The position numbers and the translations under genes are program-made. A stretch of DNA of 13,503 nt from the NCBI GenBank assembly GCA_013166835.1, contig JABLTI010000107.1, positions 1 to 13,503 on the forward strand, in the 5' to 3' direction. Numbering within the stretch: the first letter of the stretch is position 1; each line of letters starts with the position of its first letter. The notes under the pieces are model-generated. The model searched no databases. It saw only the letters and a list, made by a program, of their open reading frames with translations, and was not told the origin of the DNA. Origin of the DNA: Promethearchaeati archaeon (lineage in GTDB: Archaea > Asgardarchaeota > Heimdallarchaeia > JABLTI01). Below, piece after piece: positions 6,148 to 13,503 of the stretch.

Positions 6148-8736
6148 TCAGAATAAAAGAATTTCATCTTCTGCTTCCAAAACACCTTTTTCTCGTTCTA
6201 TGTTTCTAGCAATCCTTCGTTTTATATATCTAACAAAAAATGTAACACTAACAACAAGTAATCCAAGAATAAAAGCCAAGGAGACTGACAGCCTGATGAT
6301 TCGTTTCTTAGCAGGAAAATCTTTTGGATCAAAGGGATCGGTATTATATAAAACCTCCAAACCATCCTCTGCTCCATCTCCATCTGTATCGGAATTTCGA
6401 GGATCAGTACCAAGGAGGTATTCTTCTAAATTTGTTAAATGATCCGCATCCGCGTCGTATTCACCATTAGGTATTAGGGGGTCCAAATTAAACTCATGTT
6501 CATAGCCATCAGGCATACCGTCGAAGTCGGTATCAGGATTATTCGGATCTGTTGAGCTAGAATAAATTTCTCTCATCCAGTAGTATTCTTCGAAATTGGT
6601 TAAATCATCTTGATCTGGATCTTCATCTCGATCTGAAGGATCTAGTGGATTTAAATTATACACAATTTCAAAATAATCATCTATTTCATCCCCATCTGTG
6701 TCTGCATCGTAAGGATTTGTTCCCCAAATATCAGTCTCATCAAAATCAGTAATTCCATCGTTGTCGCTATCAAAAGCAAAAATAACTATTCCATCGTGAT
6801 ATGCACCTGTAACAAGAAATTGATTATATGCTTGTAAGCCATAAATATCATACCTTAGATTTTCACCAACTAAAATGGGATTAAATATATCTGATACATT
6901 TATAATGTAAATTCCTCTTGATGTATCAGCGATGAATACAATATTACCTGATTTTTCTATATTAAGCGCTGAAGTACCAATTACATCTAAATGACTTATG
7001 AACTCAATATTTGTTCGATTATAACTATATATTTCTAGTCCTGGCAATCTTGATGTAGTATAAAGGTATCCATTTTCGAGAATCATATCATATGTTCCAA
7101 GTCCAGTATTCTGATTATCAATTTCAATTATATTACTGATATCAGTAATATTCAGTAAAGTTAATCCATCTTTTTCTGAAGCTGCAATTAATACATCATT
7201 GTCTAAATATAAATCAAAAACACCTGGATATTCATATGTAAAATTATATCCTCCAGCTACAGAAATCATATTTAAATTTGTTATATTCAAAACAACTATA
7301 GTTCTATTTAATGCCCCAAGAAAAACCATATTTTGACCAATGGCTGTTGTTTGTACATCGGAACCATCAGAATATGAATTAATTTTAGAAGGATTTGTTG
7401 GATCAGAGATATCTAAGAAATAAACTCCCAATTCAAAAACTGATAAAATAGCAAGATTATTATGAATTGTTACATCAGAAGTTTGAATTGAAGGTTCAGT
7501 ATATTGTCCTATCTTTTTGGGTTTCTTTGGATTAGATATATTGAATATTTCTAGTCCTGCTGGACCATTTACAACAAAAGCTAGATCATTTTCTATGACT
7601 ATTTTTTTAGCTACACCATAATCAAAAAATTGAGAATATAATTGTACATCTCGTGGATTAATTGTATTAAGTAGTTTAATTCCTTTATCAAAATCAGCTA
7701 TTAGTGTTAAGCCGTCTTTACTAGTTACATCATAACATTCACCATCAGATAAGTACAAATCTAAAACAATTGGTGAAGCAGGATTAGAAACATCAAGTAA
7801 AGCTAAACCTAGATCAGAACAACAAAAAGCTATATTATTTTCTACTATTACATCTCTTATACTTCCAAATCCATTATATTCTCCAATTTTAGTTGGATTC
7901 TGAACATTAGTAAAATTAATTATTTCCAATCCACTATTACCATTAGCTAAAAAAGCTATTTTATCGTCATTAATTTCTGAAGCAAATACACCTGATGCAG
8001 TTCCAGTTGAATCATTCCAAGAACTAATATACGTGGGATTTGAATAAATAGTTAAATCTATAATTTCCAAACCCACATCTGCTCCAGATAAACAAATTAA
8101 TTTGTTTAAAACGCTAATCCCAGTATGAAAAAAACCACTTTCCCATGAACTAATATGTAAGGGATTATATGGATTACTAATATCAAAGATAAAAAAACCA
8201 TTAGCTTGTGTTAAAATATGCAGAAGATTGAAACGCATATCAACTTCTATTATGTAACCATCTAAATCATATTGATCGATTCTTTCGATTTCCCTAGGAC
8301 GATAGGGATCTGAAATATCTATAATTGATATATAGTTAACAACAGAAACAATTGCTTGATTGTTTCTTATATATACCTCTTCAGCTTTACCAGCTGTTTT
8401 ATAATTGCTAATTTTTTCAGGTTTCAAAGGATTTGAAATATTCAATATTTCTAGTCCTTCAAAACCATTAGCTAGAAAAGCCAAATCTCCTTTTGTTGCT
8501 ACCGCTAGTGCTTTTCCTTCTGTACCATCATCATCAAATCTTGAGTGTTCAACTAAGCTAATAGTTTCAGCTGTTGGATTTAGTTTTATATTTAAATTAT
8601 TATGTTCTGATTTAGACATAGAAGTTTTTTCAGTAACTGAATTGTTCACAAAATTTTGAGGGAATAGTATAATCAGCATAATAATGATTAACACAGAGTA
8701 AAGTCTCTCCTTATTATGCATTTCATTAAACCTCAC
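6148..8736 (-). CDS. Type I membrane surface protein: signal/anchor, 14 LVIVD repeats, six DxDxD (TSP3-like) Ca-binding repeats, TM helix and short cytoplasmic tail
   Basis: N-terminal hydrophobic [14 protein letters not shown]; repeated G(L/I)EI(L/I)(N/D)ISNP..P units; [36 protein letters not shown]; [22 protein letters not shown] followed by RYIKRR. Start may be ATG 8721, which has GAGGT upstream. Confidence 0.9.
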   Translation of the reverse strand: MRFNEMHNKERLYSVLIIIMLIILFPQNFVNNSVTEKTSMSKSEHNNLNIKLNPTAETISLVEHSRFDDDGTEGKALAVATKGDLAFLANGFEGLEILNISNPLKPEKISNYKTAGKAEEVYIRNNQAIVSVVNYISIIDISDPYRPREIERIDQYDLDGYIIEVDMRFNLLHILTQANGFFIFDISNPYNPLHISSWESGFFHTGISVLNKLICLSGADVGLEIIDLTIYSNPTYISSWNDSTGTASGVFASEINDDKIAFLANGNSGLEIINFTNVQNPTKIGEYNGFGSIRDVIVENNIAFCCSDLGLALLDVSNPASPIVLDLYLSDGECYDVTSKDGLTLIADFDKGIKLLNTINPRDVQLYSQFFDYGVAKKIVIENDLAFVVNGPAGLEIFNISNPKKPKKIGQYTEPSIQTSDVTIHNNLAILSVFELGVYFLDISDPTNPSKINSYSDGSDVQTTAIGQNMVFLGALNRTIVVLNITNLNMISVAGGYNFTYEYPGVFDLYLDNDVLIAASEKDGLTLLNITDISNIIEIDNQNTGLGTYDMILENGYLYTTSRLPGLEIYSYNRTNIEFISHLDVIGTSALNIEKSGNIVFIADTSRGIYIINVSDIFNPILVGENLRYDIYGLQAYNQFLVTGAYHDGIVIFAFDSDNDGITDFDETDIWGTNPYDADTDGDEIDDYFEIVYNLNPLDPSDRDEDPDQDDLTNFEEYYWMREIYSSSTDPNNPDTDFDGMPDGYEHEFNLDPLIPNGEYDADADHLTNLEEYLLGTDPRNSDTDGDGAEDGLEVLYNTDPFDPKDFPAKKRIIRLSVSLAFILGLLVVSVTFFVRYIKRRIARNIEREKGVLEAEDEILLF
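6313..6771 (-). repeat. Six DxDxD(G)-type calcium-binding repeats
   Basis: DxDxD-x-x-x-(D/N)-x-x-E...(T/L)(D/N)P pattern repeated six times. Confidence 0.8.
6775..8540 (-). repeat. LVIVD repeat array, 14 units (likely two 7-bladed propellers)
   Basis: Counted 14 units of ~42-45 aa. Units 1 and 8 are strikingly alike ([26 protein letters not shown] vs [26 protein letters not shown]). Confidence 0.75.
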
Positions 8737-8804
8737 ATTAATAGATTTACAATTGTATAATAAATCTTACATTATATTGTTGATTAATTATTCAATATTT
8801 ATTA

Positions 8805-9809
8805 ATGACCAAACAGTATTTTATTGAAAAAGATTATATTTCTCTAAAGGTTTCTATGAAGAATGGAGTTGTGATCAATTTGTCTGAACGGATTGCATAT
8901 GACAATACTGCAAAAAATAAGTATATGAAAGGAATGTTAATTCAACCTGTATCTTTTAAAATTGCAGCAGATATTACAAAAGCGATTCTCTTGGAAGCAA
9001 TTTGTACACCTAAACCAGGACTTGTTGATCGAAACAATTCAGGTGCTCATAAAGATATGGATATTTCAACTTACATGTTAAGCTCTGCAGCTATTTCACA
9101 CTTCATGGCTATTGCAGCACAATTAGGTTCTGATCACAGGGGAGATTTAGATTCCTTATTACCAAAACTCCGATCAATAGGCCTATCAGCTGAGGAAGAA
9201 ATGTTCCTTGCTACGGACAATATTAATACACAAAAAGGACTCATTTTCAGTGGAATGCTAATTGCAGCTGCTTCTGGGTATCTAACTATAAGAGAAACTG
9301 GTGATTTGAAATCAGCAAGAATATTAGCCACAGTACAAGGAATTACCAAAGGAATTGTACAACGTGAATTAATTCAAATGGATAAAAATGAGTCTAAAAT
9401 ATCGCCTGGTGAGTTTGTTTTCTTAGATACTGGGATAACTGGTATTAGAGGAGAAGCTGAAAAAGGATTTCCACATGCTGATGCTGCATATCAAGTCATC
9501 ACCAAAGCAATAGCGAGTGAAATACCACTGGAAAGAGGTATGATAATGGCTTTACTATTTTTGATGACAAGAGTAGATGATACAAATATCCTTGCTCGAC
9601 ATGGATCAGATACTTTAACTTGGGTACGAAGTGAAGCAAACAAACTCGTCCTAAGTGAAGATGCTTATAGTGACACCTGGTTGGAAAGAGTAATTGCTTT
9701 AGATCAAGAATTCATAGACCAAAACATCAGTCCTGGAGGATGTGCTGACTTATTAGCTGTTGCTTTAATGTTGCATTACTTGACAAAACCAGACAAAAAT
9801 AGACGTTAA
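8805..9809 (+). CDS. citG: Triphosphoribosyl-dephospho-CoA synthase CitG
   Basis: LLEAICTPKPGLVD..GAHKDM, NTQKGLIF, GIRGEAEKGFP, DDTNILARHG, ISPGGCADLLA. The true start is likely later, e.g. TTG 8880 after GGAGTTGTGA, or ATG 8925/8934. Confidence 0.93.
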   Translation: MTKQYFIEKDYISLKVSMKNGVVINLSERIAYDNTAKNKYMKGMLIQPVSFKIAADITKAILLEAICTPKPGLVDRNNSGAHKDMDISTYMLSSAAISHFMAIAAQLGSDHRGDLDSLLPKLRSIGLSAEEEMFLATDNINTQKGLIFSGMLIAAASGYLTIRETGDLKSARILATVQGITKGIVQRELIQMDKNESKISPGEFVFLDTGITGIRGEAEKGFPHADAAYQVITKAIASEIPLERGMIMALLFLMTRVDDTNILARHGSDTLTWVRSEANKLVLSEDAYSDTWLERVIALDQEFIDQNISPGGCADLLAVALMLHYLTKPDKNRR

Positions 9810-9816
9810 AACAGAA

Positions 9817-10890
9817 TCAATGTCTTGTTTTGTTTTTCTTTATTTCATCAATTATTGGTTTCGCTTCTTCGGATATTAGAAAATTATATGTTGTGGGAGG
9901 AACTAAATCAATTATTTCTCCAAGTTTTTCTTCCTTAAGTAATTCGCGTACTTTTGAAGCACTTATAGGTTCTCCTTTGTGCGTCATTCTAGGAACAATT
10001 ATCAAATCAATTCCTTTTGGTATTAGAATTTCTTTCATTGCTTGATTATAAGAATTTGTGACCAAACAATAAGGTTCTTCACCAACATATCTTCTTGCGA
10101 TTCCTAAAGCTGGTCCTATTTGCTCTGCAAAAATTGTTACATCTAATCTTGCTTGAACCATTGAAATATCATCGTATTCTTTCATAAAATATCTTGGAAA
10201 TGTTGCAGGAGAAATTATGTAATCTCCCCCCTCTAAAACTAAGACATTGTCTAAATGACTTGTTCCTTCCTTTACTAATCTATATCGAATATCTGTGGGG
10301 AAAAGAGAACGATCTTCTGTTACCACAAAAACTAAAAGAAAAGAGCATTCTTTTGCAGCAGTTTCTATTAGGTATTGATGACCCAATGTCATAGGATTGC
10401 AATTTACTACAATAGATCCAATGGATCCTTTTGCTTGTTCAATTATACCGCGTGACTTGAATTTTAAATCGTCGATATACTCACCCAAACCCGGTAATCC
10501 CATTTCAAGTAAAACGATTTCATCTGTTTTAGCCACAACACTAAATCCAGTAAATACATTTCCAGATATTTCTTCAATGTTTTTTGGGATAGTAAAAACA
10601 AAGATATTTGTTCTACCTCGAGCAAATTGTTCTTTCACAAGTAGTGATAAAATATGCGCAGATAATCCTACTCCTCTATGATTTGGATCTATTGCCATAC
10701 ACTTAATCACTTTCCCAGCAATACTACCTGTTCCTACTATTTCTCTGGTTGACTCATCTACAACTCTTAATGTCATTTCTATATTTTCTTCAAAATCAAG
10801 TCCTAAATTCTCTAGAAATAACTTGAGCTCGTTCTTTTGTGCAATAGTTGGATCACTGTAAAACTCATCAACATAACCAGGAGTAGTCAT
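9817..10890 (-). CDS. citC: [Citrate (pro-3S)-lyase] ligase CitC
   Basis: N-terminal GNAT-like domain (VGTGSIAGKVIKCMAIDPNHRGVGL, FVFT). C-terminal nucleotidyltransferase motifs IVVNCNPMTLGHQYLIE, FVVTEDRSLF, YIISPATFPRYF, RYVGEEPYCLVT..YN, ISASKVR. Confidence 0.95.
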   Translation of the reverse strand: MTTPGYVDEFYSDPTIAQKNELKLFLENLGLDFEENIEMTLRVVDESTREIVGTGSIAGKVIKCMAIDPNHRGVGLSAHILSLLVKEQFARGRTNIFVFTIPKNIEEISGNVFTGFSVVAKTDEIVLLEMGLPGLGEYIDDLKFKSRGIIEQAKGSIGSIVVNCNPMTLGHQYLIETAAKECSFLLVFVVTEDRSLFPTDIRYRLVKEGTSHLDNVLVLEGGDYIISPATFPRYFMKEYDDISMVQARLDVTIFAEQIGPALGIARRYVGEEPYCLVTNSYNQAMKEILIPKGIDLIIVPRMTHKGEPISASKVRELLKEEKLGEIIDLVPPTTYNFLISEEAKPIIDEIKKNKTRH

Positions 10891-10959
10891 GAATTTAGGT
10901 CCTTCTCTAATTAGTTATCAACATTCGAAGTGTTTGTGATTTTTTCTTAAAGATTACTT

Positions 10960-12318
10960 TCACTTCTTTTTTAGGTAAGATCCAAAAGTTGGATTATCAT
11001 CAATGCACTTTATTTTGCCATATGCAAGGTAGGATAACGCAGCACCACCACTGAGAATTAAGTCTACTGCATCGCCAAAACCACTTGTTCGCATGTATGC
11101 AGCAGAATCTCCACCAAGGATTGTAATGTTCAAGTCCTTTTTTAGTAGTCTTGCCATGAAAGGCAAAGTATTCAACCCATATTCATCAACCTTCCCAAAA
11201 GGCCCTCCTTGTATGAATAGCCATTCAAATTCCTTTAAACCATTTTTATGATTGATAATATGCCCTTTTGGTGCTGAAAGAATCGAGAGGATTATGTCAT
11301 TTATGAAGTAGTTTACTGTATGATCTCCAATATCCAGAATATATCCATCATCATACTTTGCTACATCTTCAATACTTAATGTTCGAATTGTTCTTCCAGT
11401 TTCACCAATTTTAACTGTAAAATCAATCGGTAAATAACAATCCGCACCATTTTCCATGATTTCAAGAAGCTCTTTTGCAACATCTACTCCTTTGTTCTTT
11501 AGGAACTCATTGTTCTTCTCACCCAATGAATAACCTTTTGCACGTAGTAGAAGCTGAGCTGGAATACCTCCAAAAAAGGCAATAACATTTTTTCTCTCGA
11601 GAATTTTCTTCATGTTATCAAGTTTATCGAATTTTGCCCCACCAAATCCAAACATGATTGGTTGAGCAGAAAGTAATCGTTTTCGAATTTTAGTGATCTC
11701 ATTGAATTCTTTAACAAATTCTGGACCAAACTTAATTGGGGTATTATCAAAAACTGGAGACATAGTTGTATTTGATCTATGAGATGTTGGAAAAGCATCA
11801 AGCACATAATAATCCAATATGGGATCAAAGGCTTTGTTGAAATTTTTTCTCCCTTCTTTTAAACTGCTCTCCATTGGTCCAACATCAGGAATCATTTCCA
11901 ATCTAGTATTCTCAAGAACAACCGCATCTCCAGGCGAAAAACCAAGAAAATCATATTCTGAATGAGTTAAAATTGGATCATCAAGAAAATGAACTTGAAT
12001 ATTGTGCAACATTCCATCTAACAAGTCTGCATGAGATTTTAATGATATACAGCTTTCATCTGGACCTTCTTTTGTCCATCGTCCTTGATGCGCGAAAATG
12101 ATTGGTATATAACCCATTCTTGTTAATCGTATGATTGTTTCCGCACAAACATCTAATCTTGGACTCTTAACCACTCTTTTGTAGGTTTTTCCTTCGAATT
12201 TCTCTATGCTTAATGGACTATTAATATCAACGCGAACGCCAACAAGTCCTGAGCTTTTTTTCTTCATGTTTTTAAAAGAATGTTCTTCAATTATTTTCTG
12301 ATAAACTTCTTTGGACAT
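10960..12318 (-). CDS. pgk: Phosphoglycerate kinase family protein, divergent
   Basis: VRVDINSPL, AHQGR, LENTR, DAFPTSHR, GGAKFDKL, LPIDF, LDIGDHT, GPFG, GGDS, SGGAAL correspond to the PGK motifs in order. GAGGT RBS upstream. Confidence 0.85.
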   Translation of the reverse strand: MSKEVYQKIIEEHSFKNMKKKSSGLVGVRVDINSPLSIEKFEGKTYKRVVKSPRLDVCAETIIRLTRMGYIPIIFAHQGRWTKEGPDESCISLKSHADLLDGMLHNIQVHFLDDPILTHSEYDFLGFSPGDAVVLENTRLEMIPDVGPMESSLKEGRKNFNKAFDPILDYYVLDAFPTSHRSNTTMSPVFDNTPIKFGPEFVKEFNEITKIRKRLLSAQPIMFGFGGAKFDKLDNMKKILERKNVIAFFGGIPAQLLLRAKGYSLGEKNNEFLKNKGVDVAKELLEIMENGADCYLPIDFTVKIGETGRTIRTLSIEDVAKYDDGYILDIGDHTVNYFINDIILSILSAPKGHIINHKNGLKEFEWLFIQGGPFGKVDEYGLNTLPFMARLLKKDLNITILGGDSAAYMRTSGFGDAVDLILSGGAALSYLAYGKIKCIDDNPTFGSYLKKK

Positions 12319-12376
12319 GATATATACCTCACTTAAATTTTTTTTATGTGCTTTTTGATGGTAAGTATCAAACTAA

Positions 12377-12391
12377 TTTTAAAAAGTCTTT
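12377..12391 (-). promoter_or_regulatory. Candidate BRE/TATA promoter for the pgk-like gene (possibly pgk-citC)
   Basis: Minus strand AAAGACTTTTTAAAA ~60 nt upstream of ATG 12318. Confidence 0.4.
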
Positions 12392-12439
12392 GTATATTTT
12401 ATGATTATAAAATAATATTAAGGTTTTCAAAGAATTAAA

Positions 12440-12814
12440 CTAGTCATAGAAATACTGGATTTCAATAACATAGCCTTCTGGATCTTCAAAGATAAAGCAC
12501 CTAATATTTATCTCTTTATGATCCTGGGGTTCTGAAAGAAATTTCACATTATATTGCTTCAAATTCTCGTACCATTCGTCTACTTCCTCTGCTCTAGAAG
12601 TTACAAGAGTTATCATAACTGTTTTTTCTTTTTGCCAATTAAAAGTACCTCTTTTCTCATCTACTAAACCAATGTGAGCGCTGTCAGTTACTTTGTAGAT
12701 TTTAGCCCAGTTTTGGTCAACTACCAATTCAAAATCAAAAATATCTTCGTAAAACTTTACAGCTTTTGCTAAATCACGATAATATAGAAAGCTTATTTGT
12801 GAAACAAAATTCAT
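12440..12814 (-). CDS. VOC (glyoxalase/bleomycin resistance) family protein
   Basis: LYYRDLAKAVKFYEDIFDFEL, VDEWYENLK..V..LSEP and FIFEDPEGYVIEI are hallmark VOC motifs. Confidence 0.92.
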   Translation of the reverse strand: MNFVSQISFLYYRDLAKAVKFYEDIFDFELVVDQNWAKIYKVTDSAHIGLVDEKRGTFNWQKEKTVMITLVTSRAEEVDEWYENLKQYNVKFLSEPQDHKEINIRCFIFEDPEGYVIEIQYFYD

Positions 12815-12845
12815 TGTAATCAGAAAGACTTAGATTACATTGTCA

Positions 12846-12860
12846 TTAAAAAATGATTTC
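12846..12860 (-). promoter_or_regulatory. Candidate BRE/TATA promoter for the VOC gene
   Basis: Minus strand GAAATCATTTTTTAA ~32 nt upstream of ATG 12814. Confidence 0.45.
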
Positions 12861-12875
12861 CATGAATAAATTTCG

Positions 12876-12911
12876 AAAAAAATAGATAAAATCTCCTAAA
12901 ATTTAGGAGAT
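12876..12911 (-). terminator. Hairpin plus T-tract terminator-like element after the HEAT gene
   Basis: Perfect 10-bp inverted repeat ATCTCCTAAA-A-TTTAGGAGAT (12891-12911), 11 nt past the stop, followed on the minus strand by TTTATCTATTTTTTT. Confidence 0.6.
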
Positions 12912-12922
12912 AATTAATTAAT

Positions 12923-13447
12923 TTAACTTTGTTTCATTAAGCTCTCAACTGTTGTTCCTTCTTTTTTGGCGATTACCTCTAAAGCTCTTTTACAAGCGAT
13001 TTTAAGGGTATCAGTATTATCACCTTCAATTACTTTCACCAAAACGGGAACGGATTTTCTTGATGCAATTTCCTCAAGAGCTTCAGCTATACGGAACTTG
13101 AGATTTTCATTATGGTCACTCAAGATATATTTTTCAAAAATATCGATTGAACTGGCTGATGCAACATCACATAAAGCACTAACAATTGCTTCTTTAACTT
13201 CTTCATCCTCTTCGCTTTCATATTTCTTTAAAAGGGAAGTAGCATAGCTTTTATCGCCAACTCTTTTGGCTATTCCCCCTAATACAAATGCCGCATTTTC
13301 TCTTACCACGGATTTAGATTCATCCAGCATTTGCGAGAGGATTGCAAGTTCTTCTTTTGTGCCGTTACTAATTAACCAATATGCTGCTCGTTTTCTCTCA
13401 CCTTCGCTTCGACTTGAAAGCGTTTTCATAGCTTTATCAATATCCAT
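12923..13447 (-). CDS. HEAT-repeat (PBS lyase/HEAT_2-like) protein
   Basis: About five ~31-aa units: ERKRAAYWL, VVRENAAFVLG, EVKEAIVSALC, NLKFRIAEALE, TLKIACKRALE. Confidence 0.88.
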   Translation of the reverse strand: MDIDKAMKTLSSRSEGERKRAAYWLISNGTKEELAILSQMLDESKSVVRENAAFVLGGIAKRVGDKSYATSLLKKYESEEDEEVKEAIVSALCDVASASSIDIFEKYILSDHNENLKFRIAEALEEIASRKSVPVLVKVIEGDNTDTLKIACKRALEVIAKKEGTTVESLMKQS

Positions 13448-13503
13448 CCGAGCTCGTTCATATTTTGTAACGTTTTCTACAATACCATATGTAACAAGAC
13501 CAA

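Noticed and set aside
6137-8659. ORFs 6137..6442, 6222..6413 and 8405..8659
   Set aside because: Overlap the LVIVD gene in antisense or alternate frames; no independent support.
8743-8767. AGATTTA..TAAATCT inverted repeat with TACAATTGTA palindrome in the divergent LVIVD/citG spacer
   Set aside because: Very AT-rich context makes such symmetry likely by chance.
9134-13247. Short ORFs inside citG, citC, pgk and the HEAT gene
   Set aside because: Shadows of motif-supported genes.

Overview
AT-rich, gene-dense archaeal-type window (BRE/TATA-like promoters, GGAGG/GAGGT ribosome-binding sites), most likely from an Asgard archaeon. That taxonomy is inferred mainly from a full-length folliculin/DENN-like gene. 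Coding content in order: aconitase-family small subunit (LeuD/homoaconitase type); DUF1330-like protein with a possibly frameshifted N-terminus; ~590-bp structured intergenic region containing an unlisted short ORF; stand-alone CheY-like receiver; DENN-like protein; acylphosphatase; large multi-pass membrane glycoprotein-like gene split by a -1 frame break; type I membrane protein with 14 LVIVD repeats, six DxDxD Ca-binding repeats and a C-terminal acidic dileucine tail; citG and citC without citDEFX; divergent phosphoglycerate kinase; VOC/glyoxalase protein; HEAT-repeat protein. No rRNA, tRNA, CRISPR array or transposase was recognised. The most interesting signal is a possible eukaryote-like trafficking neighbourhood: a DENN GEF-like protein plus a receptor-like protein ending in EDEILLF. 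All family assignments come from motif recognition by eye, not from database searches.
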